Shown piece by piece: positions 19,804 to 30,605 of a stretch of DNA of 64,000 nucleotides (its first letter is position 1; the number at the start of each line of letters is the position of its first letter). A program made the position numbers and the translations under genes. The DNA lies in contig DAOWBH010000001.1 of NCBI GenBank assembly GCA_030634165.1, positions 7,361 to 71,360 on the forward strand, given 5' to 3'. The stretch comes from Spirochaetota bacterium. Its GTDB lineage: Bacteria > Spirochaetota > JAGLSM01. Below the pieces are notes generated by a model. The model was not told the origin of the DNA and did no database searches. It saw only the letters and a program-made list of their open reading frames with translations.

Positions 19804-20010
19804 GTGGTAACAGGTACAGTAAAGTGGTTTAATAATCAAAAAGGTTATGGATTCATCACACCGGATGATGAAAGCAGTGATGTTTTCGTTCACTATTCAA
19901 ACATTAGTTCTGATGGTTTTCGAAGTCTTCAGGAAGGCCAAAAGGTCGAGTATGAATTAGGACAGGGACGTAAAGGTCCTGAAGCAACCAATGTTCTCAT
20001 AGGTGAGTAG
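19804..20010 (+). CDS. cspA: cold-shock protein (CspA family). A GTG start is likely.
   Basis: RNP motifs [12 protein letters not shown] and VFVHYS. A GGAG lies 8 nt upstream of the GTG. A long 5' UTR is typical for csp genes. Confidence 0.85.
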   Translation: MVTGTVKWFNNQKGYGFITPDDESSDVFVHYSNISSDGFRSLQEGQKVEYELGQGRKGPEATNVLIGE

Positions 20011-20266
20011 TATTTTTAATTTTAATGAAAAATACTAAATAGTTCAGGTACACCGCTAAGCAAGAACGATTAGAGAACCTCTTTTTTGAGATATTCCTGG
20101 ATCTTCTTGCTTTACGGCGTTTATCCCAAATCGGTTTATTTAAATATAAATTATCAATTACTTTTAAGTTTATAATTAAAAAGAACTAAAAAACCTTCAT
20201 ATTTTCCTTTACAAGATCAATCAAATCTATGTATCCTTTTATGTAGTAAGTTAAGGAAATAGCTGG

Positions 20267-22330
20267 ATGAAAATACTAACCGGGCTTCTCACCGGAGCCG
20301 TTATATTATGCGCTTCATGTTCAACATTGACAACTAAACCGGCATTTTATCAAAAATATAATGCTCGAATTTCTTTTAATACCATAAATAGACATTCAAT
20401 TGACAATGGACTTGAAAAAACCATTAAAAACGCTAACAAACAACTGGCTGGCATTATAAAAATCCCCGACAAACTTAGAACCTTGGAAAACACATTAATT
20501 GCTATAGACGATATTTCAAATCTCTTATGGAGATTCGGGGGGCCTGTTTATCTGATGGCATATGTTCATACAGACAAAGCTTTAAGGGATAAGTGCCAAA
20601 AAACAATCTCTTCACTTGAAGCTTTCTCGACAGGACTTTTTTTAAATAAAAAACTATACAATGCCCTTCTCTTGTTCTCAAAATTACCGGAAGCAAAACG
20701 CCTCAAGGGAGAATATGCCAAATATCTAAAAGACAGTCTGAGATCTTTTAGAAGAAACGGTATGGGACTCAACAATAAAAAAAGAAAATCCGTCAGGTTA
20801 ATAAGAAACAAACTCTCCAGGTTATCCCTGGCATTTCAACGAAATATAAATGAATACAGCAATCCTCTTATTCTGAATCAAAAACAGATGCAGGGAATGT
20901 CCGAGGCCTATAAAAACTCAAGAAAACAGAAAGACGGAACATATAAAATCGATCTTTCCTACCCTTCTTTTTTTCCATTTATGAGATACGCGATGAACAG
21001 TGAAGCCAGGAAAAAGCTGTTATACAAATTCAGAAATAAAGCTTGGAAAAAGAATCCGTCTATTCTCAAACAGGTTTTAATTCTAAGAAAACAACTCGCA
21101 AATCTATTAGGCTATAAAAACTACGCTCAATATGTTCTTGAAACACGAATGGCAAAAAAGCCGATAACCGTTATGAATTTTGAAAACAAACTCGAAAAAA
21201 GCCTGCAAATAAAGGCAAAAAAAGATATAGCAATCCTGCTGAAACTAAAAAAAGATAAAGTTAATAAGAATGCGTCTTTAGTTAACCCCTGGGATATATA
21301 CTATCTCAGCAATCTGGCAAAAAAGACTTATTACAACCTTGACTCAAAAAAAGTCAGGGAATACTTTACGGTTCCAAATACCGTAAAAGGACTTTTTTAT
21401 ATTACGCAAAAACTCTATGGGCTTTCATATAAAAAAATAAAAAGCAAAAATGTCTGGCACAAGGATGTCAGCCTTTATGAGGCATACAGAAAAAAGACAG
21501 GAAAACTCATTGGAAGATTCTACCTAGACCTTTATCCACGCAAGGGTAAATACGGTCATGCGGCAATGTTTGGTTTAATAAGCGGTAAAAAAACAACCAA
21601 GGGATACCAGATACCTATTACAGCACTTGTCTGCAATTTTCCAAGACCAACAAAGTTAAAACCCGGCCTGCTTAGCCATAATCAGGTAGAGACCTTTTTT
21701 CATGAATTCGGACACTGTCTTCACGATCTGTTAACTAAAGCACGTATATCCTCATTTGCCGGAACTTCAGTTTCAAGGGATTTTGTAGAAATGCCTTCAC
21801 AAATGTTTGAAAACTGGGTCTGGTCTCCAAAGATTCTTTCAATTTTTGCAAAGCACTATAAAACCGGTAAAACTATCCCGGGCGCACTAGTATTAAAAAT
21901 GTTAAAAACAAGAAATTTCCTGTCAGGATACAATAATCTTGTTCAAGTATTTTATGGTAAATATGATATGACATTAAATACAACATTCAATCCTCAGGAT
22001 AAACTCTCAACAAGTAAACTATATATAAATATGAGACATAAGATAACAGGTATAAAACCATTATCACGAATCCACGCGGACGCATCTTTTGGTCATCTAA
22101 TGGGTTACGCAGCAGGATATTACGGATATCTTTGGTCAAAAGTATATGCCGAGGACGTTTTTAATGTCTTTAAAAAACACGGCCTGTTAAACAGCAGGAT
22201 TGGCAGAAAATTTGCCGATACTATTCTTTCTAAAGGTTCTACTGAAGAACCACAGAAGCTTTTATACTCATTTTTAGGAAGAAAACCCAATGATAAAACC
22301 TTTTTAAGAAAGATAGGACTAATTAAATGA
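20267..22330 (+). CDS. M3-family zinc metallopeptidase (oligopeptidase/Dcp-like), lipoprotein
   Basis: HEFGH zinc motif (FHEFGHCLHDL). Size and helical pattern fit the M3 family. N-terminal lipobox LCASCS. Confidence 0.75.
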   Translation: MKILTGLLTGAVILCASCSTLTTKPAFYQKYNARISFNTINRHSIDNGLEKTIKNANKQLAGIIKIPDKLRTLENTLIAIDDISNLLWRFGGPVYLMAYVHTDKALRDKCQKTISSLEAFSTGLFLNKKLYNALLLFSKLPEAKRLKGEYAKYLKDSLRSFRRNGMGLNNKKRKSVRLIRNKLSRLSLAFQRNINEYSNPLILNQKQMQGMSEAYKNSRKQKDGTYKIDLSYPSFFPFMRYAMNSEARKKLLYKFRNKAWKKNPSILKQVLILRKQLANLLGYKNYAQYVLETRMAKKPITVMNFENKLEKSLQIKAKKDIAILLKLKKDKVNKNASLVNPWDIYYLSNLAKKTYYNLDSKKVREYFTVPNTVKGLFYITQKLYGLSYKKIKSKNVWHKDVSLYEAYRKKTGKLIGRFYLDLYPRKGKYGHAAMFGLISGKKTTKGYQIPITALVCNFPRPTKLKPGLLSHNQVETFFHEFGHCLHDLLTKARISSFAGTSVSRDFVEMPSQMFENWVWSPKILSIFAKHYKTGKTIPGALVLKMLKTRNFLSGYNNLVQVFYGKYDMTLNTTFNPQDKLSTSKLYINMRHKITGIKPLSRIHADASFGHLMGYAAGYYGYLWSKVYAEDVFNVFKKHGLLNSRIGRKFADTILSKGSTEEPQKLLYSFLGRKPNDKTFLRKIGLIK

Positions 22331-23814
22331 CAGTTTATCAAAACGGAGACTCTCTAATTGTAGAAGTTTTTGATAAAATTTTGAGCAGGGAAATAACAAC
22401 CTTTGCATCACTGCTTGAATGGCTGGGTCCTCTTAAAGCTCCCGGTAATTCCAGAAATATTGCACTTTCAAAAGGATACAACCTTATTAAGAAATTGTAT
22501 TGGGGAGTTTTCAAGGACCTTAATCCAAAGGATTACCCTATACTATGGAATCAAATAGCTATTCAGAATACCAGGTATCGGACTGCAGGAGATCTTAAGA
22601 GAAGTCTCTCAATTTCAAATATCTTCATCTCACTTCTTGACATACATGGATATACCGCGTTTTGCCGTCAAAGTAAAAAAAATATATCCAAACTTCACGA
22701 ACTTGATGAATTTCTCAGTACATCCATAAAAAACATTGCTAAGACTTACGGCTGTATCGGAAACAGAGAAAGGGGCGACGAGATACTCCTTGTGGCCGGA
22801 AGTGCGCTTGATGCTTTACAGGCTACCTGTGAAATCATTCAGGTATTTGCAAAAGAAATATTTTTCAGCAGTAAGTATATCGAAAAATTTAAAACCGAAA
22901 TAAATAACTTTCTCCCAAAATTTAATATTTCTGCCGGAATATCAGGAGGAAATCTTAATACACCAATGATAATAACTCAAAAAGGAGAAATATCAGGTTT
23001 TCTTCTCAATGTTGCCGCGAGACTTCAGTCCCGTGCCAATAAACTTTCGCCAAAAGCAACTAAGGTAATCATTGCCAAGACGGTCCAGACTTCATTCGAA
23101 AGAGAAGTCAAAAAAAATCATTCACCTGATTTTACTTCTTCCCTGGCTTTTCTGGATAACGGACAAATTACTTTTAAAGGGACATCCATTGCTAACCTTG
23201 AGGTTATATTTAAACAGAAAAACAAGTTCAAGCTCAACTATGAAAGCGCTCTTGCCGAGCTGCTTACATCTCTAAAAAGAAATTCTTGGAAAGACAGAAT
23301 CCTTATGGACCTGCTTCAACTCATATCAAAGGTTAACAAAACTCTTCCATCATTTTCCTTAAAAGTGATACTTCCAAGTCTCAATGATAAGACTGTAACA
23401 AACGATATTATCAGACAAAAAATAAACGTAATAAAAAATTTATTCACTATCCATGAAGATTATATAGGAACACTCGAACGGCTGCAGGAGTTGATCTATA
23501 TATTAAAAAAAATACCGGATTTCGAACCTCTTGCTATTGAATACGCGACTGAAATAATAAAACGATACGAAATCGTTATACCCGATTTCAAGCATGACCT
23601 TGACAAAATCATCGAAGAAAACAAATCAATCCTTCTGTCTCCCGACGAAGTAAAAGTATATGACTACTTAATAAAAAACCAGAAAGCTCTCACCGTCCTG
23701 ATTAATAAAACGCGCCGCAGCCCTAATCTTCCCAAAAAACGAATGTTATGGCATACTCATATTGAAATGAAAAAAAATCAGCTGGACTTCAGTTTATTCT
23801 CCGGAAAACAATAA
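22327..23814 (+). CDS. Class III nucleotidyl cyclase (CHD) domain protein with an uncharacterised roughly 260-aa C-terminal helical domain
   Basis: Motifs: FISLLDIHGYTAF (metal-binding Asp), GDEILLVAGSA (second Asp), ISGFLLNVAARLQSRAN (Asn/Arg transition-state residues). The start overlaps the M3 peptidase stop by 4 nt (ATGA). Confidence 0.5.
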   Translation: MTVYQNGDSLIVEVFDKILSREITTFASLLEWLGPLKAPGNSRNIALSKGYNLIKKLYWGVFKDLNPKDYPILWNQIAIQNTRYRTAGDLKRSLSISNIFISLLDIHGYTAFCRQSKKNISKLHELDEFLSTSIKNIAKTYGCIGNRERGDEILLVAGSALDALQATCEIIQVFAKEIFFSSKYIEKFKTEINNFLPKFNISAGISGGNLNTPMIITQKGEISGFLLNVAARLQSRANKLSPKATKVIIAKTVQTSFEREVKKNHSPDFTSSLAFLDNGQITFKGTSIANLEVIFKQKNKFKLNYESALAELLTSLKRNSWKDRILMDLLQLISKVNKTLPSFSLKVILPSLNDKTVTNDIIRQKINVIKNLFTIHEDYIGTLERLQELIYILKKIPDFEPLAIEYATEIIKRYEIVIPDFKHDLDKIIEENKSILLSPDEVKVYDYLIKNQKALTVLINKTRRSPNLPKKRMLWHTHIEMKKNQLDFSLFSGKQ

Positions 23815-23818
23815 ATTC

Positions 23819-25747
23819 TTACTTAATCAGTGTTTTAATATTCTCTTCCATAACATTGGAAAAAATACCGCTGAACTTATCAGGATTATCCAGTTTTCCG
23901 CCTTCGGCAATCAACGCCTGATTGTAGAGTAATACTATATAATCATCTGTCTTTTTTCTATCCTTCACGTATAGCTCGTTTAATAATTTTATTATACTGT
24001 GGTCCGGATTTAGTTCAAAAATTCTCTTTGTTTTTGGAACATTCTGATTCATTGACTTCATAAGCCGTTCCATACTTGAACTCATCCCGAATTCATCTGT
24101 CACAAGACAAGCCGGGCTGGATACAAGTCTGTTGGATAATCTTACCTCTTTTACATTTTCATCCAGTTTCTTTTGTATTAATTCCAATAATCCCTTGAAA
24201 GAGTCCTGCTTCTCAGACAATGCTTTTTTATTACTTTCCTTTTCCTCTTCCGTTGAAGACAAATCAAGATCACCCTTAAGAACTGATTTTATTTTTTTAC
24301 CTTCATATTCATTCATGTGCTGAGAAATAAGCTCATCAATAGAATCAGTAAGATATAAAACTTCAAATTTCTTTTTATTAAATGCTTCAAGATGAGGCGA
24401 ATTTTCAACTTCTGCTCTGGATTCTCCGGTAATATAGTATATCTCTTTTTGATCTGAAGGCATATTCTTTACATACTCATCAAGTGATACATACTCGCCG
24501 GGTTTTGTTGATGTGCTTTCAAAAAGAAGAAGTTCCATTATTTTTTTCTGATTTTCAAAATCCGAAGCCAAACCTTCTTTGAGAATACCGCCAAGTTCCT
24601 TGAAAAAATCGAGGTACTTGTCTTTATCCTTTTCTTTCTTTTGAGCAAGAGTATCAAGAACCTTTTTAACCAGGTTTGTCTTTATCTTTGCAAGAAGCTT
24701 ATCCTGCTGCAGGATTTCTCTTGATACATTAAGCGGTAAATCAGAAGAGTCTAGAACTCCCTTGACAAATCTAAGATACCTCGGCATTAAGGCCTCAGCG
24801 TCATCCATAATAAATATCCGTTTTACATACAGGTGAATACCTTTGAATTTTTCAGCAGCAAACATTAAATCAAAAGGAGCCTTTGCGGGTATAAACAACA
24901 GGGCAGTATATTCGGTTACACCTTCAACCCTGTAATGTATTTTTGCATAATGATCTGTATAATCATGGGTCAGCTGTTTGTAAAATTCCTTGTATTCATC
25001 CTCTTTTACTTCCTTAGGCGAACGCGTCCAGATTGCTTTTTGGGAATTAAGAGTTTCTTCTTCTATTTCTTTTTTCGGCTCTTTTTCATCGTCTTTTTTG
25101 GGAATGTACTTCTCAACATCCATTAAAACAGGATATTCAATATAATCTGAATACTTCTTAACTATTGATTTTATTTCGTAGTCTTCAAGGTATTTTTTAA
25201 ACTCATCTTTAAGATGAATGATTATATCTGTACCTCTGGTTTTTTTATCAATCTTATCAATCGTGAAACTACCGGATCCATCAGATTCCCACCTGAAAGA
25301 TTCTTCTTCGCCTGCTTTTCTTGTTTCAACAATAACTCTTGATGAAACCATAAACGATGAGTAAAAACCAACGCCGAACTGTCCTATTAATTCAATTTGT
25401 TCCGGATTGTCTTTTTTTTGTTTAAGTGATTCAAGGAAGTTTTTTGTACCGGATCTGGCAATTGTACCAAGATTATTTAACAGTTCTTCTTCGTTCATAC
25501 CTAAACCATTATCGGAAATGGTAAGTGTATTACTCTTTTCATCCCTGATTATTTTTATTTTAAAATCAGACTTTTCATTTTTTAAAGACTTGTCACTTAA
25601 CATTTGGAGTCTTAGACGGTCACATGCATCAGAAGCATTAGAAATTATCTCGCGCAAAAATATATCCGGATGAGAATAAAGAGAATGTATAACCAAATCC
25701 AGTAATTTTTGAGTTTCTGTTTTAAATTTATGCTTTTTAGCTGCCAT
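23819..25747 (-). CDS. htpG: molecular chaperone HtpG (Hsp90)
   Basis: N-terminal ATPase signature [29 protein letters not shown] and a length of 642 aa. Confidence 0.9.
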   Translation of the reverse strand: [642 protein letters not shown]

Positions 25748-25773
25748 GTCCTGCTCCTGTTATTGTTTGCAGA

Positions 25774-25803
25774 AAAATACTAAACATATGCTTAGCGGTC
25801 AAG
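25774..25803 (-). promoter_or_regulatory. Candidate sigma70-like promoter for htpG: -35 CTTGAC, 18-nt spacer, -10 TATTTT
   Basis: Read on the minus strand. It lies 26 nt upstream of the ATG, with a GGAG RBS in between. Confidence 0.3.
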
Positions 25804-26307
25804 CAGCTTGAACATTCTTTCATTATTTATATTTTTTTATCAGGTTACAATCATTTTATAAACAGGTTTTATACATATTTCTTATTTAGCGCATTTTATA
25901 AGTATCTTTGGATACCTCTCTCTTATAGGTCTTTGATCTAAATTTTAACTAAAATCATGAATACTTATATCTTTTTTCATTTAAAATTCAAGAAAATATT
26001 TTAGAATTACAGTAAATTTCAGCTTTTTTTGTAATTTTCTTATATTTTTTTTAAAATTAATTGAATAAGAAAGCAAATTTAGAATTATCTACACCTTATG
26101 TACACCTGAATGGCGGAATGTATTAGGTGTCTAATCCTTCATAGAATATATATATTTCATGAAATATATTGAAAATGTGATAATATAATGATATACCAAG
26201 AAGGATTGATTTTATCACATAGATCCCGATTCACATTTTGAAATAATTGGATTCGGGACAATCTATGACAGAAACTAACTGATACAGAACTGCATCCTGA
26301 GGGTAAT

Positions 26308-27264
26308 ATGAGAAAATATCTCAACCTGTTAATTATCACCATATTGGTTTTTAGTAAAGCGAACTCGATGCCCGCTACAAGCAGCGCGGCAGATTTTCTA
26401 AAAGTTGAAACAAGTGCCAAGGTAAATGCTCTTGGCGGAGCTTTTGTTGCAATAACGCAAGGCAGCGCGACTGCCATATACAATCCTGCCGGGTTGATAT
26501 TTCATAAGGAAAATATTTTGTCTTTTTCAGGTTTGCCCTGGATCGGCGGGACTATGTTTTCGTCTGTGACATATATCGAACCAATACCTAAATATCCGGG
26601 TATAACAATAGGTCTTGATCTAACAATGTTCTCAACTATGGAAATCAGGGAATACTCACTGACAGGGGAGGAATTAAGCTCAACTTCCCTTTTTGATATG
26701 TCCGCGAGTTTCTTTATAAGTTATCCGCTTATTAAAGATACTCTTGGAGTAGGCGCCGGAATTCATTTCATCCTCAGAGACCTTGTTGACACTTCTATTT
26801 TTGGAGCAGCTTTTGATATAGCAATTATTTACAAAACATCATTTCTTAGTTTTTACTCCCCGAAGGATAAGAACCTTACCCTGGGACTCGCCCTTAGAAA
26901 TATAGGTCCGCCTCTTTCATTTGATGAATTTTCTTCATCAGAGGGTAGTTCCGGGAGAATGCCGTCTTCTTTAAACATTGGTTTTATGTACCGTTTTTTA
27001 AAAACTGACAATTCTTCACTATACTTCACGGCTGAATTCACCTCCTATTTCAATGAAGGAGACAAAAGATATAAAATCGGATTCTCCTATTCTCCTTTTG
27101 GATTTTTATCTCTCAGGATGGGGTATCAAAATGGATTCGAACTAAAATCTTTATCAAGCGGATTTGGAATCAAAGCAGGAAAAATTACAATAGATTATGC
27201 TTTCATACCGTTAAACAGCGATATAGGTTTCATCCATTCATTCACAGCTTCTCTTAATTTCTAG
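26308..27264 (+). CDS. outer-membrane beta-barrel protein (FadL/PorV-like N-terminal NPAGL motif)
   Basis: Signal peptide. N-terminal motif SAKVNALGGAFVAITQGSATAIYNPAGL. Alternating hydrophobic strands. C-terminal ...SLNF ends in an aromatic residue. Confidence 0.55.
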   Translation: MRKYLNLLIITILVFSKANSMPATSSAADFLKVETSAKVNALGGAFVAITQGSATAIYNPAGLIFHKENILSFSGLPWIGGTMFSSVTYIEPIPKYPGITIGLDLTMFSTMEIREYSLTGEELSSTSLFDMSASFFISYPLIKDTLGVGAGIHFILRDLVDTSIFGAAFDIAIIYKTSFLSFYSPKDKNLTLGLALRNIGPPLSFDEFSSSEGSSGRMPSSLNIGFMYRFLKTDNSSLYFTAEFTSYFNEGDKRYKIGFSYSPFGFLSLRMGYQNGFELKSLSSGFGIKAGKITIDYAFIPLNSDIGFIHSFTASLNF

Positions 27265-27820
27265 AATCAGCATCAAGAACCAGCTCAATACTATCCTTCT
27301 TATTGGAAAATTTCACGCCGAAGTTCTTTTGTTTTTTCAGCGTAACAACCGGAAATTTCCTGTAAAAAACATGGAGAATAGTCTTATTTTCTTTGAAGAG
27401 TACTTTTGCGGGATAGGTCTTAATAGTTTTACCAACAGAGTCTTTAAAATAAAACTCCGCAGAAGTCGTCTTATCCAGGGAAAATTCAGCATTTCCTTTT
27501 TTACTTATTATCAGCCTTAATTCTGCGTATTTCTTTGTCAATTCCTTTTTAAAGACAAGCCTGTAACTCTTCCATATTACCGTTGTTTTTTTTAGTTTAC
27601 TTGAAACCGGCGGCTGTTTCTTTTTTACTACAACGCATTTATAAACTAAAAACAATAGAGCGATATCAAAAATAAGAATAATAATTCTGAATTTTTTCCG
27701 GTTTTCCGGTTTTGGGTAATTTTTAAGTTTTTTCCTCTCCTCCTTATCGTAATAAAAATGACCCGTAGTGTTGTTTTCAGAATTAACCGGCACATGTGAA
27801 TTTTCTTCATTTATAATCAT
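27254..27820 (-). CDS. membrane-anchored hypothetical protein
   Basis: Single TM helix and a Lys-rich sequence. It overlaps the nnr stop by 4 nt, which suggests co-transcription. Confidence 0.35.
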   Translation of the reverse strand: MIINEENSHVPVNSENNTTGHFYYDKEERKKLKNYPKPENRKKFRIIILIFDIALLFLVYKCVVVKKKQPPVSSKLKKTTVIWKSYRLVFKKELTKKYAELRLIISKKGNAEFSLDKTTSAEFYFKDSVGKTIKTYPAKVLFKENKTILHVFYRKFPVVTLKKQKNFGVKFSNKKDSIELVLDADSRN

Positions 27821-29364
27821 CTTAAGTCCTCAATAATTTTTGGTATTTTAACTGCCAGTTCAGCAGCTGTAAGGCCATCAGATCCACTTTCCTCAGAAAT
27901 ACAGCTTCCCGCAAGTCCATGTATGTAAGCCGCGAGAGGGCCCGCTGTTGAAGCAGATACGCCCCGTGCAAGCAAGGCACCTATAAATCCGGAAAGAACA
28001 TCGCCTGTTCCACCTTTGGCCATAGCAGGATGACCGCTATTAATCAGGTATATTCTCCCGTCCGGAATATATACACTTGTCACAGCATCTTTAAGAACCA
28101 GAATGTTCCCTGTATCCTTCACAAAATCTCCGGCATAGGACTGTTTATTTTTCTTAACCTTCATTTTGTCATTATTTCCCATAAGCCTGCAGAATTCCCC
28201 AAAATGAGGAGTGATAATAACATCGGTTTTAATTCTTTTGAGAATATCCTGCTTATCTGATAAGTGAAAAATCGCGTCAGCATCTATTACAACAGGAATA
28301 TTTATATTCTCCAGAACAGAAAAAATGAAATCAGCTGTTTCCTCTTTTCTTCCAATACCGGGACCAATAACAAGAGCGTCAGCAGGTTTTAAAGCTTCCA
28401 GGCACTCATTTATACTGAGTTTATTAAATGAACCTTCCCCATCATCCATTATTGATCTTGACAACAGATCAGGGTTAAACTGTGAAGGCGTCAAATCCAG
28501 ACTCCTCGGGAGAATAACTTCTGTTAAACCGCATCCCCCGTACAGTCCTCCGAGAGCTGACAGGACAGGCGCACCCTGAAGATTCCTTGACCCGCCAATA
28601 ACAGCAAGTCTACCCATGCTTCCCTTATGAACATCAGGTTTTCTCTTTGTAATTTTTGATAAAAACCAGTCCCTGTCTATCAACTCAGTTTTTAACGAAG
28701 GTGATTTTGTTAATTTATCCGGAAAACCAATATCAATGACTTCTATATCTCCGCAAAATGAGGCTCCGGGATAATCTATCATGGATTTTTTAATAAGACC
28801 TATCGCAAGAGTAGCATCCGCCTTTAGTATATCAGGCCCCTGTTCTTCTTCCCCGCAAACAAGTCCTGACGGAACATCAACAGCCAATTTAATAATACCA
28901 AGAGTGTTTAATTCCTCAATTACCTGTTTTTTATATCCCTTCACAGCTCCCTTAAGTCCTGTTCCAAAAATTGCATCTACTATTATTTTACTATGTTTTA
29001 TCCCTGATAAAGAACCCATGTAATCATCTATAGAAGAAATAAAATCACAGGGTATTCCAAGTGAAACACATGATTTGAAGTTAATAAGCGGGTCACCCTT
29101 TAAAGTTTTCTTATCCGCAAGTATGTAAATATAAGGTCTATATCCAAGAGTATTCAGATGACGGGCTATAACAAATCCGTCTCCGCCGTTGTTGCCGGAA
29201 CCTGAAAACACAGCAATTTTTGTATTGGTTTCGTATCTGCGATCTATCCATTGAGCTACGCTTCTACCGGCATTTTCCATCAATATCAGGGAAGGTATAT
29301 TAAAGTCATCGATTGTAGCTTTATCAATTTGCTGCATCTCTATCCGGTCAACAAGCTTCATCAT
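27817..29364 (-). CDS. nnr: bifunctional NAD(P)H-hydrate repair enzyme Nnr (epimerase + ADP-dependent dehydratase)
   Basis: YjeF-N motif SGSGNNGGDGFV and YjeF-C motif GGTGDVLSG. Length 515 aa. Confidence 0.85.
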   Translation of the reverse strand: MMKLVDRIEMQQIDKATIDDFNIPSLILMENAGRSVAQWIDRRYETNTKIAVFSGSGNNGGDGFVIARHLNTLGYRPYIYILADKKTLKGDPLINFKSCVSLGIPCDFISSIDDYMGSLSGIKHSKIIVDAIFGTGLKGAVKGYKKQVIEELNTLGIIKLAVDVPSGLVCGEEEQGPDILKADATLAIGLIKKSMIDYPGASFCGDIEVIDIGFPDKLTKSPSLKTELIDRDWFLSKITKRKPDVHKGSMGRLAVIGGSRNLQGAPVLSALGGLYGGCGLTEVILPRSLDLTPSQFNPDLLSRSIMDDGEGSFNKLSINECLEALKPADALVIGPGIGRKEETADFIFSVLENINIPVVIDADAIFHLSDKQDILKRIKTDVIITPHFGEFCRLMGNNDKMKVKKNKQSYAGDFVKDTGNILVLKDAVTSVYIPDGRIYLINSGHPAMAKGGTGDVLSGFIGALLARGVSASTAGPLAAYIHGLAGSCISEESGSDGLTAAELAVKIPKIIEDLR

Positions 29365-29370
29365 TAACCT

Positions 29371-30459
29371 CTAAGGTTTCCATGATACTACGTGAATGTT
29401 TTTTTGGAAAATTTTAAAATTAAACAAACGCCCGTCATTCGATAAATAAAAATTACGGTAAGCGCCGTTACCGGTATCAGCCTTAATAACTACCTTTTTG
29501 GTATCTCCTGAAACAGGTGAATAAATGTCAAAGTAGACATATACATACGGTTTTTTAACTCTTACATTTTTTGTAAAATAAATCATTCCGAATTCAGTAA
29601 TGCCCTTAATACCATACCATATATCTGTAGGAAGACTTACCGGCGTAAGCTTTGTTTTATGGATTAAATCCATCTTGTAAAGAACCTTTTTAAGCTTAAC
29701 CTTATCTTCCACGTATAAAATCTCAAACAATAAAACCTTATTACTATATGATGGAAAAACTGACATAATTTTCATCAGTTTTAACTTGCCTTTTAATTTC
29801 AAGACAAGACTCTTTTGAGGGATCGAATATGATTTAACCTTTTTATTTTTAATATTTACAATATCAATCCATTCAATCTGGACATCACTGTCAAAACGTG
29901 TCTCCCAAACCATGACTAATTGATCCTTAGACAACAAGAACATATTTCTGATTCTGGAAACCCCTTGTCTCAGATTTTTTAAACCAAAGGATTTTTTCAT
30001 TGAAACCCTGCGGGTAACTATTCTGTTCTTTTTTGTTTTATCAATCTGCCAGACTGTATAGACTGTATCATTTTTTATCCGAATCATTTCAAGGGAATAA
30101 ACACGGCCTGCTGAATCGTTATCCACAAATAAAAACTGACTTTTACCCTGAGGAATATCATTTTTATCCCGGTTAAGAACAAAATCCAGCTTTAATATAC
30201 CTGCGTAATCGAATTGAAGAATCTTAAAATTCGCATTATCCAGAAATGTTACAGTTCCATATTTACATGATATATAGCTTGTCAATAACTGTTGATCGTA
30301 AAGAAAGGCGGAATTTTTTGATTTATCGAGAATGCCCAGATGAGCTTTGCCGGATCCGAATGAAACTTTAAAATGAAACCTTTGTGTAAGTACATTTTCA
30401 CCCACACCGCAGGCATTTAACAATATCAGAATTAGAAGAATATAATACTTTAAAGGCAA
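29371..30459 (-). CDS. lipoprotein, hypothetical
   Basis: Signal peptide plus lipobox LLNACG. No recognisable domain. Confidence 0.35.
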   Translation of the reverse strand: MPLKYYILLILILLNACGVGENVLTQRFHFKVSFGSGKAHLGILDKSKNSAFLYDQQLLTSYISCKYGTVTFLDNANFKILQFDYAGILKLDFVLNRDKNDIPQGKSQFLFVDNDSAGRVYSLEMIRIKNDTVYTVWQIDKTKKNRIVTRRVSMKKSFGLKNLRQGVSRIRNMFLLSKDQLVMVWETRFDSDVQIEWIDIVNIKNKKVKSYSIPQKSLVLKLKGKLKLMKIMSVFPSYSNKVLLFEILYVEDKVKLKKVLYKMDLIHKTKLTPVSLPTDIWYGIKGITEFGMIYFTKNVRVKKPYVYVYFDIYSPVSGDTKKVVIKADTGNGAYRNFYLSNDGRLFNFKIFQKNIHVVSWKP

Positions 30460-30605
30460 GGAAATTTCCTGAATATAGATTTTATAGATACATAAAATTT
30501 ACAACATATCCAAGAATAGTCTATATTTTGATTCATGTATGTCAAGCTCTTTATCCAATATATGCAACAATCGCATATGTCAAAAAAAGTACTTTCATAC
30601 ACCAC

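Noticed and set aside
20008-20120. A terminator downstream of the cold-shock gene.
   Set aside because: Only an AT-rich 9-bp inverted repeat (AGTATTTTT...AAAAATACT) without a U-tract, plus a weak 7-bp stem with a 37-nt loop. Too weak to call.
22327-23814. Whether the CHD cyclase marks a Pycsar or CBASS-like antiphage module.
   Set aside because: No effector gene (TM, TIR, phospholipase or nuclease) is adjacent. The partner is a housekeeping-type M3 oligopeptidase and the next gene is a convergent htpG.
26157-26483. A 108-aa minus-strand ORF across the htpG/OMP divergent promoter.
   Set aside because: It overlaps the OMP gene start and its RBS region. The composition is atypical and there are no motifs.
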